64,000 nucleotides of DNA from Candidatus Yonathbacteria bacterium (GTDB lineage: Bacteria > Patescibacteriota > Minisyncoccia > Phycocordibacterales > JACNGX01). Numbering within the stretch: the stretch's first letter is position 1; the number at the start of each line of letters is the position of its first letter. The notes below the pieces were generated by a model. It saw only the letters and a list, made by a program, of their open reading frames with translations, made no database searches and was not told the origin of the DNA. The position numbers and the translations under genes are program-made. The stretch lies in contig JAAXWR010000001.1 of NCBI GenBank assembly GCA_013334825.1, positions 203,769 to 267,768 of the forward strand. The letters run 5' to 3'. Below, in pieces: positions 1 to 10,633 of this stretch.

Positions 1-96
1 TCTTTTCTCCTTATGATACGCAAGAGAAGTACGTTTATTTCATGTGTTGTTATACAGAGAATGATGCAGACTTTACAGGAGAAAATATAGTAGGTG

Positions 97-882
97 TTAT
101 TCCTCTGTAGGTTCAGAAAATGGCGGCATGTTGCGTCGCTCTTCATCACGAAAAGGAATAAATGCATCTTGTCTTTCAGGACGAATATGTTCAGCATAGA
201 TGATAGTATCTTTGGATACACCAAAAACAACTACGCGATCATCTTCTTTGAGCGTGTATCCTTTGGGTATGCGAGTATCATTCGCTATATACACAGTCAT
301 GGATGCTCCGTCAACGCGCTCGAGTGTAAACGATGAAGCGTCGGTTACCTGCGTAATAACCCCTGGATGGATTTCTGCGTTTTCAGGAAGGGGAAATGGA
401 CCATAAAGAGGGACCCCCGCGGGAAATGCTCCTTCGCGCGTAGCACGGTACATTATGCCATGCATTCCCGTGTGTCCCACAACAAATGTCGCAAGTGCCG
501 CAAACCCAACAATACTTGCGAGGGAATACATAAGAGGTTGTTTGTATGCGAATGCGTATTGACGGACTAATATTTCAAGAATGATAACAAAGATGATAAC
601 TGATCCAACAAGAATCCATGGCAATGAAAGAAAGAGAAGTCCCATTCCTCGCATACCAACATCGGGAGCAAACCACATGCCATTTTGACGGAGAAGAAAA
701 TGGATGAGACTTGCAACGTATACAATACCAATTGATACAATGAATACACCAAGTGCAACGAGAATTGCACGGAATACAAAATGCCACCGTGGCTTCATGC
801 GGGTCTTCCCTGAACGTATTGCTGAAAGGACATTGTCCGTTACAGATGGATTTGTATCAGTTTGTGTCATGGCGTGTTTCAT
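97..882 (-). CDS. Multi-TM membrane protein with C-terminal beta-rich (DUF5666-like) domain; candidate anti-sigma factor
   Basis: Overlaps the 3' end of the ECF sigma gene. Three hydrophobic segments after the KTRMKPRWHF motif. Start is 882 (MKHAMTQ) or 870. Confidence 0.7.
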   Translation of the reverse strand: MKHAMTQTDTNPSVTDNVLSAIRSGKTRMKPRWHFVFRAILVALGVFIVSIGIVYVASLIHFLLRQNGMWFAPDVGMRGMGLLFLSLPWILVGSVIIFVIILEILVRQYAFAYKQPLMYSLASIVGFAALATFVVGHTGMHGIMYRATREGAFPAGVPLYGPFPLPENAEIHPGVITQVTDASSFTLERVDGASMTVYIANDTRIPKGYTLKEDDRVVVFGVSKDTIIYAEHIRPERQDAFIPFRDEERRNMPPFSEPTEE

Positions 883-1426
883 ATTGAGCGAGTAATTGTT
901 TTTTTGCGCGGGTGATACGTACACCGACAGTAGAAACGGGAATATGAAGAATGTCCGCAATTGCTTTATAATCCATATCTTCGTAGTAGTAAAGAATAAG
1001 TGGCGCGCGATATTTTGGATCAAGGGTATCAAGGTGTTTCTCTAATTCTTGCGCGATTTCTTCTCTGAGAATATCTCCGTCGGCAGTTTCTTTGGCGACA
1101 GGGTGAGGAAACAATGTGTCGGGGTCAAAAGGTATGACAGGTTCACGTGTCCGTTTGCGGATAAGTGATATGAATGCATTGTGCGCGATACGATATATCC
1201 AAGGAGAAAACGCACGTCTTGAGTCGTAACTTTGTATATGCTCGTATGCTTTAATAAAAACATCTTGAAGTACGTCGTCTATGTCGTCTCTATTTGCGAC
1301 AAATTTGCGTCCATATCGGGCGAGTTTTGGTTCATATCGTTTAATAAGCACGGCAAACGCTTCGGCGTCTCCATGCTGTACCGCGCGCGCGGCGTCTTCA
1401 TCACTTGGTGAGATGTGTTGCTCCAT
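857..1426 (-). CDS. ECF RNA polymerase sigma factor (sigma-70 family)
   Basis: Region 2 (DDVLQDVFIKAY...FSPWIYRIAHN) and region 4 HTH (YKAIADILHIPVSTVGVRITRAK). Confidence 0.95.
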   Translation of the reverse strand: MEQHISPSDEDAARAVQHGDAEAFAVLIKRYEPKLARYGRKFVANRDDIDDVLQDVFIKAYEHIQSYDSRRAFSPWIYRIAHNAFISLIRKRTREPVIPFDPDTLFPHPVAKETADGDILREEIAQELEKHLDTLDPKYRAPLILYYYEDMDYKAIADILHIPVSTVGVRITRAKKQLLAQYETRHDTN

Positions 1427-1492
1427 GTGCTGATAGTGATAGTACGCATAAAAGCGTAATTTCTTACACGAACTCTGGTATAAGGGTTCTCA

Positions 1493-2188
1493 TTATCGTC
1501 GAGAGGTATGTGTACGAACTTGGGTATCTGTGTCAATATTTCCATCAGAGAGAGTGATGATACGGTCAGCTTCGGGAACACGTGAGAGTTCGTGGGTAAC
1601 CATAATAATGGTTTGTCCTGCTTCATGAAGAGTACGAAATACACTCATGACGGTATCAGCCGTTTGTGAATCAAGATTTGCCGTTGGTTCATCTGCAAAG
1701 AGAACAGATGGATTGTTGCCGATTGCGCGTGCGATAGATACCCGTTGTTGTTGTCCGCCAGAAAGTTGAGAGGGAAGGTTGCATGTTTTGTCCGCAAGCC
1801 CTACACGTGCAAGCGCGTCTTCGGCAAGTGCACGTGACTCAGTGAAGGAACGTCCTTCCATGAGGAGTGGCACAATAACATTTTCTAAAGCGGAGAGTTC
1901 AGGGAGAAGCGCATAGTCTTGAAAGACATAACCAAAAGTGACAAGACGGACGCGAGTACGTTCTTTCTCCGACATGGTGTCAGTACGTATACCATCAATG
2001 GTTATTGTTCCTGATGTTGGTTCATCAAGAAGTCCCATATGATAAAGAAGTGTACTTTTACCTGCACCTGAACGACCAGTAATGATGACATATTCACCAT
2101 CAGCAATATCGAGCGAGACACTCCGCAGTGCGTGTGTTTCCACGGAGCCAGTGACAAATGTTTTTTTGAGATTATGTACGGAAATCAT
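1493..2188 (-). CDS. ABC transporter ATP-binding protein (LolD/MacB-like)
   Basis: Walker [10 protein letters not shown], signature LSGGQQQRV, Walker [13 protein letters not shown]-loop VTHE. Confidence 0.95.
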   Translation of the reverse strand: MISVHNLKKTFVTGSVETHALRSVSLDIADGEYVIITGRSGAGKSTLLYHMGLLDEPTSGTITIDGIRTDTMSEKERTRVRLVTFGYVFQDYALLPELSALENVIVPLLMEGRSFTESRALAEDALARVGLADKTCNLPSQLSGGQQQRVSIARAIGNNPSVLFADEPTANLDSQTADTVMSVFRTLHEAGQTIIMVTHELSRVPEADRIITLSDGNIDTDTQVRTHTSRR

Positions 2189-2245
2189 AATGTAGGAGAT
2201 TAGGAGATGAGTATAGAGAGTTTGTGGCGTGAGGAAGAAGTGACG

Positions 2246-3514
2246 TTATCGTCCGAGAATTGAATCAAGAATATTTTTTCCTACAATAATACGTGCAGGG
2301 ATGTAGCCAGCAATAATGGTAACAAGAATAATGATACCAATACGCATGAGTGTAAGATCAATTGGTGCGACCAGTATGCCGTCAGAGAAGGGGAAGTCGA
2401 TGGGGTTGGCGTCTATATACGGTTTGAGAAGTCCAAAAAGTATCGCAGACCCAACAAGAGAACCAGCGATAGCATAAAAAAGAGATTGGAGAATATATGA
2501 GAAGGTAATTGCTGAAGGAGAGATGCCTATCCCTTGAAGAATACCAATATATTTACGACGGGTCACGGCATTGATGAAAATAACAATAAATACGGTGATA
2601 GATGCGACAGCAATACCAATTGAGCCGATGACACCACCGAGAATATCAAATGTAGAACCAATATCTTTGAAAAATTGTCCCTGAGACTCTTCCCATGTCT
2701 CGATTTTTGCACATGAACAAATATCAACAGCGCGGAGCTCTTCTTTGATATATGTGGGATCAGTACCAGGAACAAGAAGAGCAGCGATTTCATTTGCATC
2801 TTTTTGTTGACGTCCAAGCATTTGACGCAGTATTGTTTCATTGATATAGACACGTTGAGAGACCGCGCTTATTTTGCTTTTTACAACACCGCGAATGATG
2901 AATTCACGCATGACACCGTTTACTTTGATACGAATAGTATCGCCAACATCAATTGCTGAAAGTGTGTCCGAACCAGGAACATTACGAACGTATGCTTCGA
3001 GAAGATTCGAGCCGACAAGTGCTCCGTTTACATCATTTGGTTCAAGGTATGCCCCCGCGACAAGACGTTCCGAAAGGTGTGTTACCGCGTCTTCATCTTG
3101 TGGGTTGATGCCTGAAACAACTGACGCCACAGATTCAGTATTTTCTGAGATGTCTATCTTGGTGCGGTAGTTTGCTTCGATTGTCGCTCCCGCAAGCATG
3201 CGGGATGTTGTCGCGACAACTTCAGGAAATGACTCAAGAACTTTTTCAACACGCGTAGTGTCTTCGATGAAATTTTTTGATTCAAGATTTGAAAGAAGTA
3301 TATCTCCCGAGTATTGCGCGCGATAGGCATTCGATGACCCCGCGACAAGACCGCTCAAAATACCACTCACAAAGACAAGATTGAGAAATGTGAGTGTCAT
3401 GATAAAGACGATAAGCACCGTCGTCCACACATTAGCACGTTTGAGGGCACGAAAAGCGAGGAAGTTACTTACCCGAAATATTTCATAATATCCAGCTGAT
3501 TGTTTGGACTGCAT
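2246..3514 (-). CDS. ABC transporter permease, FtsX/MacB/LolE family
   Basis: N-terminal TM, large extracellular domain and three C-terminal TMs. Start re-called to MQSKQ at 3514, 6 nt after a TACAAT box. Confidence 0.9.
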   Translation of the reverse strand: MQSKQSAGYYEIFRVSNFLAFRALKRANVWTTVLIVFIMTLTFLNLVFVSGILSGLVAGSSNAYRAQYSGDILLSNLESKNFIEDTTRVEKVLESFPEVVATTSRMLAGATIEANYRTKIDISENTESVASVVSGINPQDEDAVTHLSERLVAGAYLEPNDVNGALVGSNLLEAYVRNVPGSDTLSAIDVGDTIRIKVNGVMREFIIRGVVKSKISAVSQRVYINETILRQMLGRQQKDANEIAALLVPGTDPTYIKEELRAVDICSCAKIETWEESQGQFFKDIGSTFDILGGVIGSIGIAVASITVFIVIFINAVTRRKYIGILQGIGISPSAITFSYILQSLFYAIAGSLVGSAILFGLLKPYIDANPIDFPFSDGILVAPIDLTLMRIGIIILVTIIAGYIPARIIVGKNILDSILGR

Positions 3515-3578
3515 AAGAGTATTGTAACATAGATGAGTTTTATGTACCGAGTTGTGAACATATTTTATCGTATATATG

Positions 3579-3616
3579 AAAGAAAAACGACCACGGCACC
3601 CCTTCGGGGCGCCGTG
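3579..3616 (-). terminator. Intrinsic terminator of the DEAD-box helicase gene
   Basis: Hairpin CACGGCACCCC-TTCG-GGGCGCCGTG with a U-rich tail on the minus strand. Confidence 0.7.
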
Positions 3617-3635
3617 CAATATTCGTATTATTTTT

Positions 3636-4970
3636 TTAACGTTTATCGTGAATCGTTTTTGTCACATGTGTCGCGGGAACAAAGGTGAGTGCTTTCCCGC
3701 GTTTGCTACTACGACCAGTACGGCCGATACGGTGAACATAATCTTCGAATGTGCTTGGCAGATCATAGTTGATCACATGAGACACATCATCGACGTGAAT
3801 ACCACGCGCGGCAACATCGGTTGCAACAAGGACTGTCGAGTGCCCGCGTTTGAATGCATCAAGTGCACGTGTGCGTTGTCCGTGGCTTTTGTTGCCATGA
3901 ATTGATTCAGCTTTGATACCATAGGTGCCGAGTTGTTTGGCGAGCTTTTCCACACTGTGCTTCATAGCACCAAAGATGATAACGCGACTGTATTCTTTTT
4001 TACCGAGAAGCTCAAGAAGCGTTTCAAATTTCGTATCAGGATGATACGCAATGACATCTTGTTCTATCCCATCTGCGGTATCTTTCTTTTTTACCGAGAT
4101 TGTTACCGGATGTTTAAGAAAATCACTGACCATACGTTTTGCTTCTTCGGGCATTGTTGCTGAGAAGAACAATGTTTCGCGGCTTGCGGGGGTAGCGCCA
4201 AGAATGGCGCGCATGTCATGGATAAATCCCATATCAAGCATGCGGTCTGCTTCATCAAGGACGACAGTCGTTACGCGCTTCGGCGCAAAGTTTCCGCGTT
4301 TGAGAAGGTCGAGAACACGTCCAGGTGTACCGATAACAAAATGATTGACGCGCGCAAGTGCGTGAATTTGTGGATTGATGTTGACACCACCGACGCAGAT
4401 AACAGAAAAGAGTCCCATACCACGTGTGATGCGGCGGAATTCTTGGTCAATTTGTGCGGCAAGTTCACGTGTAGGTGCGAGAATAAGTGTTTGGCGATGT
4501 GGTTCGCGCAACGTCTTATCAATAAGAGGAATGAGAAATGCCGCAGTTTTTCCCGTGCCTGTTTCGGCGATACCCACAACATCGTGTCCCGCGAGAATCT
4601 CGGGAATAATCTTGTCTTGGATAGGGGACGGAGTTTCAATACCCATAGATGTGATTGCTTGGACGATACGTATATCAACACCAAAGGTACCAAAGGTATG
4701 TGTCGGTACGTATGCTTCTTCAGGAGTTTCTGTTTGACTCTTTGGATTTGTATTGATAAAGCGAGACGGATTGAACGTTGGCAATGCTGGCTTTCTTCCA
4801 TATCCACCACGTCCGCCGGTATGTTCCGAGCGGTGCGCGCGAAAATTGCCACTTTGCGCGGGGCGGGCATGAGAAGAATATGCGCCAGGTCTTTTGCCTG
4901 GGCGTGAGGACGCAGAGCGTCCGTTTCGTGAGGATCCAGATTGTCCGTATCCTCGAGAGTGTGTTTGCAT
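3636..4970 (-). CDS. DEAD-box RNA helicase (RhlE/CshA-like) with R/G-rich N-terminal extension
   Basis: Motifs AETGTGKT, PTRELA, TPGR, DEAD, SAT and HRIGRTGR. Confidence 0.97.
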   Translation of the reverse strand: MQTHSRGYGQSGSSRNGRSASSRPGKRPGAYSSHARPAQSGNFRAHRSEHTGGRGGYGRKPALPTFNPSRFINTNPKSQTETPEEAYVPTHTFGTFGVDIRIVQAITSMGIETPSPIQDKIIPEILAGHDVVGIAETGTGKTAAFLIPLIDKTLREPHRQTLILAPTRELAAQIDQEFRRITRGMGLFSVICVGGVNINPQIHALARVNHFVIGTPGRVLDLLKRGNFAPKRVTTVVLDEADRMLDMGFIHDMRAILGATPASRETLFFSATMPEEAKRMVSDFLKHPVTISVKKKDTADGIEQDVIAYHPDTKFETLLELLGKKEYSRVIIFGAMKHSVEKLAKQLGTYGIKAESIHGNKSHGQRTRALDAFKRGHSTVLVATDVAARGIHVDDVSHVINYDLPSTFEDYVHRIGRTGRSSKRGKALTFVPATHVTKTIHDKR

Positions 4971-5108
4971 GATATACTAGTATTTAAGGACGCATACTAT
5001 TGTAATGCGTTCTGGGCTGTGCAGGTGATAAATCAAACGTTACTCACCATTACGAAAGGAAGCGTCTGCGGCTTCCGAGCCCTACACGAGAATCAAAAGC
5101 GTGTATAC

Positions 5109-5137
5109 ATGATAGCATATTTTTATTTTTAAGTCAA
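5109..5137 (-). promoter_or_regulatory. sigma70 promoter of the helicase
   Basis: TTGACT-17 bp-TATCAT with an extended TG. Confidence 0.7.
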
Positions 5138-5265
5138 ATCATGGGCACAAAGACAATGTTGCGATGCCTCAATATTTTTTGATCTTGCAATACCTCAGGG
5201 TGTTTGATTCTATAAAAAGGAATTGATACACTATCTATATCCCACTAGTCCTTGTAATTTATATT

Positions 5266-5745
5266 ATGAATACTCGACCACTTATTATTACATCTATTCT
5301 TATTGTTATTCTTGCTGTCATTCTTTTCATCATATGGGGTGTGTTTATTCGTTATCGAGGAATAACAGGAGATGTTGCTATGCTTGCCGAACGTGTAACA
5401 GTATCTTCAGATTCAGATACACACACAATGTCTTCTTCTGAAAACATGGCACTTTCAGTTGGAGAATATAAAACAATAGATGGACTTATTATTACACTAA
5501 CAGATATTCGTTCAGACGATAGATGTCCTATCGATGCTGTGTGTATGCAAGCAGGTAAGATACAGGTTTCTGCAACACTTGCGACAGAAGAAGAATTTCG
5601 TTCAGTGGGATTTTCTTTCCCGGGGACGCCACTTATCTTTGAAGGATATAGAGTTTCTATAAAAGACGTGTTTCCGTTGCGTACATCAGGGAATGTCCCC
5701 GCTTCAGGAGATTATCGCATTGCCTTTTCAGTGGAAAAATTATAA
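5266..5745 (+). CDS. Membrane-anchored hypothetical protein (DDRCPIDAVC motif)
   Basis: N-terminal TM helix followed by a beta-rich domain with a paired Cys. Confidence 0.8.
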   Translation: MNTRPLIITSILIVILAVILFIIWGVFIRYRGITGDVAMLAERVTVSSDSDTHTMSSSENMALSVGEYKTIDGLIITLTDIRSDDRCPIDAVCMQAGKIQVSATLATEEEFRSVGFSFPGTPLIFEGYRVSIKDVFPLRTSGNVPASGDYRIAFSVEKL

Positions 5746-6076
5746 TGAAAATGTTGGAAGATTAAATGTATTAAGATTTTATTTTTGCAGTATTGCAAAA
5801 GTATTTCATCATGTTGTTTTGTTCAATGTAACGAAGATCATTGAGATATTTTCAACCATTTTCGTGGGGGGCGATTCTTTCAGGGAAGCGTTTGTATGAA
5901 TCGTGGCTATGCACAGATTTTTACGCATGATGACAGAAATTGCGTACATTGAAAAAAGGGAGATGATGCAGAGTGAATCATAACCGGCGTATACGCCGTT
6001 TTCTTGTTTGTATATATGGTAGAGAATTGTTACACTAAAAGTATCAGTATTACTCCTCATTTATTGACATACGTGT

Positions 6077-6970
6077 ATGGAAAGAAAAAATATTATTATT
6101 GTCAGTATTATTACTCTCGTTGTTGTGTCTGGTACCATATTTTATTTTGATAGTTTGATACCTTCGGTTGATACAGAGACACCAATAGCCAATGTCACCG
6201 CGACATACTTTTATTGTACGGAGGGCATTGTCGCTGTGACGTTTGGTGATACTACTGCAGACGTTATTTTTCCAGATCAGCGTGTTCTCACGATGACACA
6301 AGGAGTGTCCGGTTCTGGTGCACGATATGAGAATGGCGATGTTGTTTTTTGGAATAAAGGCGACGGTGCCTTTGTCACGGAAAACGATGAGATGATTTAT
6401 AGTAATTGTATCACTGCGACGGTAACGCCGGAGGGAGGCGATATGCGCCATGTCGTTGATGCTTCACAGATGTTTGAATTTTCATATCCGGCCCCAGCTA
6501 TATTATCGGGTGGGGAACTTGGATATACGGAGACGTGGCGACAGCAGACAACAACGCTCGGTATGGTGCTTGCAAAAGTTTCTATTCCGCGGACGTTCGA
6601 ACCTGATACAAATTTTAGTGAAGCGATACTTACTATCGGAACAAGTGCCGATCCTGATGCGGTGAAGACGTGCGTGACGGATGCGGGAGGTGCACAAGTG
6701 GAAAAGAGTCAAATGACGATAGGGAGCACACCGTTCACTGTCCTTTCCTATAGTGATGCGGGTGCGGGGAACTATTATGATACGACGAGTTATCGTACGG
6801 TGCGTGATGGACAGTGTTATGCAATCGAATACACTATTCATACGACCAATATTGATAATTATCCCAGAGAATCGGGTATTACAGTTTTTGATAGGAACAA
6901 GATAACTGCTGTTCTCGAAGGTATCGTGAGGAGTTTCATCTTTTTACCGGATGATAAAAAATTGAATTAG
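6077..6970 (+). CDS. Exported protein with an MliC/PliC lysozyme-inhibitor-like domain
   Basis: N-terminal TM. SGSGARYENGDVVFWNKGDGA flanked by two Cys matches the MliC signature. Confidence 0.8.
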   Translation: MERKNIIIVSIITLVVVSGTIFYFDSLIPSVDTETPIANVTATYFYCTEGIVAVTFGDTTADVIFPDQRVLTMTQGVSGSGARYENGDVVFWNKGDGAFVTENDEMIYSNCITATVTPEGGDMRHVVDASQMFEFSYPAPAILSGGELGYTETWRQQTTTLGMVLAKVSIPRTFEPDTNFSEAILTIGTSADPDAVKTCVTDAGGAQVEKSQMTIGSTPFTVLSYSDAGAGNYYDTTSYRTVRDGQCYAIEYTIHTTNIDNYPRESGITVFDRNKITAVLEGIVRSFIFLPDDKKLN

Positions 6971-6992
6971 AATAATAATACGGAGCATGCTT

Positions 6993-7028
6993 CGTGAAAA
7001 ACATCTGGCATATCCAGATGTTTTTCGT
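6993..7028. terminator. Bidirectional-type terminator hairpin
   Basis: GAAAAACATCTGG-CATAT-CCAGATGTTTTTC. Confidence 0.65.
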
Positions 7029-7065
7029 ACAGTATGGCAGATATGTTCTGTGATACACTATGTAT

Positions 7066-7192
7066 ATGAGTAAAATGACATGGTTATACGTGGGTATTTA
7101 TTGGCATGGTGCTTGCTGTTCTTGTGATGGTGACACACGTGTTCGAGGCGAAATCAAAGCGGCATAACAAACGATTGATACAGACCAACTAA
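7066..7192 (+). pseudogene. Frameshifted small membrane protein
   Basis: MSKMTWLYVGI continues in another frame as IGMVLAVLVMVTHVFEAKSKRHNKRLIQTN. A TG-n-TACACT box lies just upstream. Confidence 0.35.
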
Positions 7193-7356
7193 GTGATACG
7201 TATTACAATTATACGCATCATTCTCTAGTTTCGTATAGGACACATTGTCGGTCATCGATACAGTGTTGTTCGTAAAAAAGTCGAATACGTTTAGAGATCC
7301 TTATGCCATATAAAATGCTATTTTATTCCGTATTAAATAATTTATAATGTAAATGC

Positions 7357-7947
7357 ATGATTTCTCCAGATTTTAATATAGTATACGCATTTTTTTCAAT
7401 GGCATGCATTATTGCGGGGGCTGTTCCGTATGTGCGTGATATGCTTAAGGGGAAGACGAAACCCCACACCTATTCGTGGTTTGTTTGGTTTCTCACCACG
7501 GGTATTGCCACAATAGGTTCGTGGTATGGAGGGGGAGGTTGGGGAGCAGTTTCGATGATTGTGTTTTCTGGTATTATAGGTTTGAATTTCGTTCTCTCTC
7601 TCCGCTTTGGGACGCGTGATATTACCCGCACTGACACAGTCGCTCTTATCGTTGCTCTCTTTGCAATAGTTCTTTGGATTGTACTTGATGATCCTCTTTG
7701 GTCAGTACTTTTGGCTACCGCAATTGATATCATTGGGTATATTCCGACAATACGAAAGACATGGTTTGACCCATCGTCCGAAACACCGTCCGCGTGGCTC
7801 CTTTCGATTATCGGAGACATGTTCGCGCTTCTCGCATTGTCAGCATATAATGTGCTTACGGTTACGTATCTTGTCGCTATTATTATTGTCAATATTATTG
7901 TATTTTTGATAGCTATTATGGGAAAGAAAACTGTTTCCGCAACGTAA
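7357..7947 (+). CDS. Hypothetical polytopic membrane protein (PQ-loop-like duplicated topology)
   Basis: About 7 TMs, with an internal repeat PYVRDMLKGKTKP / PTIRKTWFDPSSE. Confidence 0.8.
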   Translation: MISPDFNIVYAFFSMACIIAGAVPYVRDMLKGKTKPHTYSWFVWFLTTGIATIGSWYGGGGWGAVSMIVFSGIIGLNFVLSLRFGTRDITRTDTVALIVALFAIVLWIVLDDPLWSVLLATAIDIIGYIPTIRKTWFDPSSETPSAWLLSIIGDMFALLALSAYNVLTVTYLVAIIIVNIIVFLIAIMGKKTVSAT

Positions 7948-8007
7948 TCATTGTTCTTTTTGTTTTTCGTTTATCATTTTAATTTTTTTTATTTTTCTTT
8001 TCATTGT

Positions 8008-8463
8008 ATGTCCACATGTCTCTTTTGCGGTATTGTACAGGGTACGATTCCCGCGCATAAAGTTTGGGAAGACGAGAAGCATCTTGCCTTTCTTTCCATC
8101 TTTCCCAATACCGAAGGAGTAACGGTTGTTATTCCCAAAGCTCATTATGGAAGTTACGCATTTGCACTTCCTGATGATGTACTCTCTTCTCTTGTGCTTG
8201 CGACGAAAAAAGTCGCGCATATCCTTGATGAGAAACTTTCTGATGTCGGACGTACAGCAATGGTGTTTGAAGGATTTGGCGTTGATCATATACATGCGAA
8301 ACTCTTCCCGATGCACGGAACGGCAAATATGGCAGAGTGGAAGCCAATCGAGTCTTCTCTCGAAACATATTTCAACATATATCCCGGATATATTTCATCG
8401 CATGACGCAGAACGAGCCGATGATACGGAGCTCGCTCTTCTTGCAGAGCGACTATGTTCATAA
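8008..8463 (+). CDS. HIT family hydrolase
   Basis: N-terminal CLFC motif and histidine-triad-like VDHIHAKLFP. Confidence 0.9.
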   Translation: MSTCLFCGIVQGTIPAHKVWEDEKHLAFLSIFPNTEGVTVVIPKAHYGSYAFALPDDVLSSLVLATKKVAHILDEKLSDVGRTAMVFEGFGVDHIHAKLFPMHGTANMAEWKPIESSLETYFNIYPGYISSHDAERADDTELALLAERLCS

Positions 8464-8520
8464 AAGAGGATTGTAGTATATTCTGGTATTGATATCGTCT
8501 ATGATGTATACTCACGTAAT

Positions 8521-8967
8521 ATGAAATCATTACACTATTGGAATAGTGTTCTTGCGCTTTCTCTCGCGGGGACAGTGTTTGCCGGATATCTTGCTGGCAC
8601 AAAGCTTATTACTGGTTCGTGCGCATTATCAGAACCATGCCCATATGTTCTTGGGTATCCCGCATGTTGGTATGGATTTGGGATGTTTGCCATGATGTTC
8701 ATCATATCATTACGAGGACGTTTTATATCGATGAAAAAAACAACGATGTGTCGTCTTGGTATGCGCGTGATATCTTTCATCGGCATATTATTTGCAGGTA
8801 CTCTTGTTGCGAAGGAAATTCCTATGATATTCAGTCCTTTTGGTCCCTCATACGCCATGGGACTTCCTTCATGTGCGTATGGACTCCTGTTTTATATTGC
8901 CATTGCAGTACTTTCGTTTGTCCGAGAAGACACCGCACGCGATGTCGTTGATACTGCTCTCGTATAG
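8521..8967 (+). CDS. 4-TM membrane protein with conserved Cys (VKOR-like, uncertain)
   Basis: Repeated motifs LGYPACWYG / MGLPSCAYG and a loop Cys pair. Confidence 0.7.
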   Translation: MKSLHYWNSVLALSLAGTVFAGYLAGTKLITGSCALSEPCPYVLGYPACWYGFGMFAMMFIISLRGRFISMKKTTMCRLGMRVISFIGILFAGTLVAKEIPMIFSPFGPSYAMGLPSCAYGLLFYIAIAVLSFVREDTARDVVDTALV

Positions 8968-8982
8968 GAGTAATCTTTTGAT

Positions 8983-10185
8983 ATGCACAACAGAACATTT
9001 TCATATATCCCACAAAAAGGATTTGCCGCATTGTCATGGGGGCGCATCCTCTTGACGCTTGCCGAGACAATGGTTGGCATCTTTTTGCCGATTTTCTTGT
9101 ATGAATTGTTTGATAACAATATCTTTTTCGCACTGCTCTTTTTTGTGTTGATGCATGGCGTGTACGGTATTCTTGTGCCCGTGGGGGCAATGATACTCGA
9201 CAAATATGGGTCGCGTCTTCCACTTCTCGTGGGAGTATCACTTTCGGGTGCGTTCATCGGGTCGCTTTATGGCGTGCAGGCGTTTGCGGATGTGCGTGGC
9301 GTGTTTTTTCTTGCACTTGCTTTTGTGACGACTGTTGGTTTTCGCGTTTTCTTTTGGATGCCGTTTCATGTTGATTTTGCGACACATACAGATACAGCAA
9401 TACGTGGTAAGGAAGTTGGACTGATGGAAGCAGGGCTGACTATTGTTGGGACACTTGCACCACTTATCGCAGGATACCTTATCGCATGGTATGGATATGG
9501 CATGCTCTTTCTCGCATCGATTGGTGTTATCGTAGTAACATTTATACCATTTTTGTTTGTCCCCGAAAGAGATATTACCTTTTCATGGGGATATATTGGG
9601 TCGTTCAAGAAATTATGCACGCGTGAAAATAGAAATCTCGCGCTTTCCAGTGGTCTTATGGGAATAGAAAATGTTATTGGTGCTGTTGTGTGGCCACTCT
9701 TTATTTTCATGCTTCTTGAGGGTGATTATGCTCAGGTTGGGTTTATCTCTTCTCTCATTGTTATTGCCACGGTGGTCACAGAACTTTTTACTGGAGATTC
9801 ACTTGATCGATACTCAAAAAAAAGTGTATTGCGTTTCTGGACAGTTTTTTCAGCACTGGGATGGTTTATCAAAATTTTTGTCGCGACAGCATTTCAAATA
9901 TTTGCCGTCGGTGCGTATCATGGTATTGTGCGTTCGCTTGCGGGCGTTTCGTACGAAGCATTTTTTTATGAACTTGCTGCGGATGGGGGACAGTACGTAG
10001 ATGAATACACAGTTATTCGTGAAATGGCAATTCAATTTGCAAAAGTAATTGCGCTCCTCGTCGTCATGGTGATTATCCTCTTTTTCCATATTAAATGGGC
10101 ATTTCTCGTCGGACTCATGAGCGCGCTTGTTCTCAATGGTGTGCTCGCTATAAGTAGTAGGGAGAGGGAGGTAGGAAAGAGGTGA
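8983..10185 (+). CDS. MFS transporter
   Basis: About 12 TMs with motif-A-like GAMILDKYGSR and GDSLDRYSKK. Confidence 0.9.
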   Translation: MHNRTFSYIPQKGFAALSWGRILLTLAETMVGIFLPIFLYELFDNNIFFALLFFVLMHGVYGILVPVGAMILDKYGSRLPLLVGVSLSGAFIGSLYGVQAFADVRGVFFLALAFVTTVGFRVFFWMPFHVDFATHTDTAIRGKEVGLMEAGLTIVGTLAPLIAGYLIAWYGYGMLFLASIGVIVVTFIPFLFVPERDITFSWGYIGSFKKLCTRENRNLALSSGLMGIENVIGAVVWPLFIFMLLEGDYAQVGFISSLIVIATVVTELFTGDSLDRYSKKSVLRFWTVFSALGWFIKIFVATAFQIFAVGAYHGIVRSLAGVSYEAFFYELAADGGQYVDEYTVIREMAIQFAKVIALLVVMVIILFFHIKWAFLVGLMSALVLNGVLAISSREREVGKR

Positions 10186-10545
10186 TAGGGACGGGAGAAC
10201 ACTCGAATCAAGAATCACGAAGCACGAATCAAGAATTAAGGGTTACGAAGTACGAACTTATACGAACATACGAAACTGGACGGGATGAAGGGTTATGAAA
10301 TATGAACTTGTACGCCTGCCCCGCACCCTATGTGGTGCATGGTGTTGGGGAATATACGGAATGTACGAATACGACTTCTTTTCTTTTGTCGTTTACCGTT
10401 TATAGTTTTCGTCTTCATATTTCATATTTCTATTTTCGTATTTCATCGTCTATAGTTTTTTCTTTTTATAGTTTATCGTTTATAGTTTCTTCGTCATTCG
10501 TAGGTTCGTACGTATTCGTTATTCGTAACTTTTCTTGAAACTCGT
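10186..10545. repeat. Mosaic intergenic repeat (ACGAA/heptamer blocks plus GCACC hairpin)
   Basis: Shares exact or near-exact blocks with 30350-30560, 33450-33870, 38043, 61196-61309 and 62926-63170. Confidence 0.85.
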
Positions 10546-10633
10546 TTATGGCTAGCGTAAAAAGCAAATCTATTGTATAGTGTCTCTATAAAGCGCTACG
10601 CGCTTTTTCTTTACCCTTTCTTTTCCGTTTTTT

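Noticed and set aside
4218-4907. Long antisense ORFs (also 13391, 15086, 24087, 53879)
   Set aside because: Shadow frames opposite well-supported conserved genes.
5809-6060. Minus-strand 83-aa ORF
   Set aside because: No recognisable motif or clear start signals, so it cannot be supported.
10186-10545. Short ORFs in repeat regions (e.g. 10302, 30210, 30350, 33146, 33650)
   Set aside because: They are translations of low-complexity repeat DNA without start signals.
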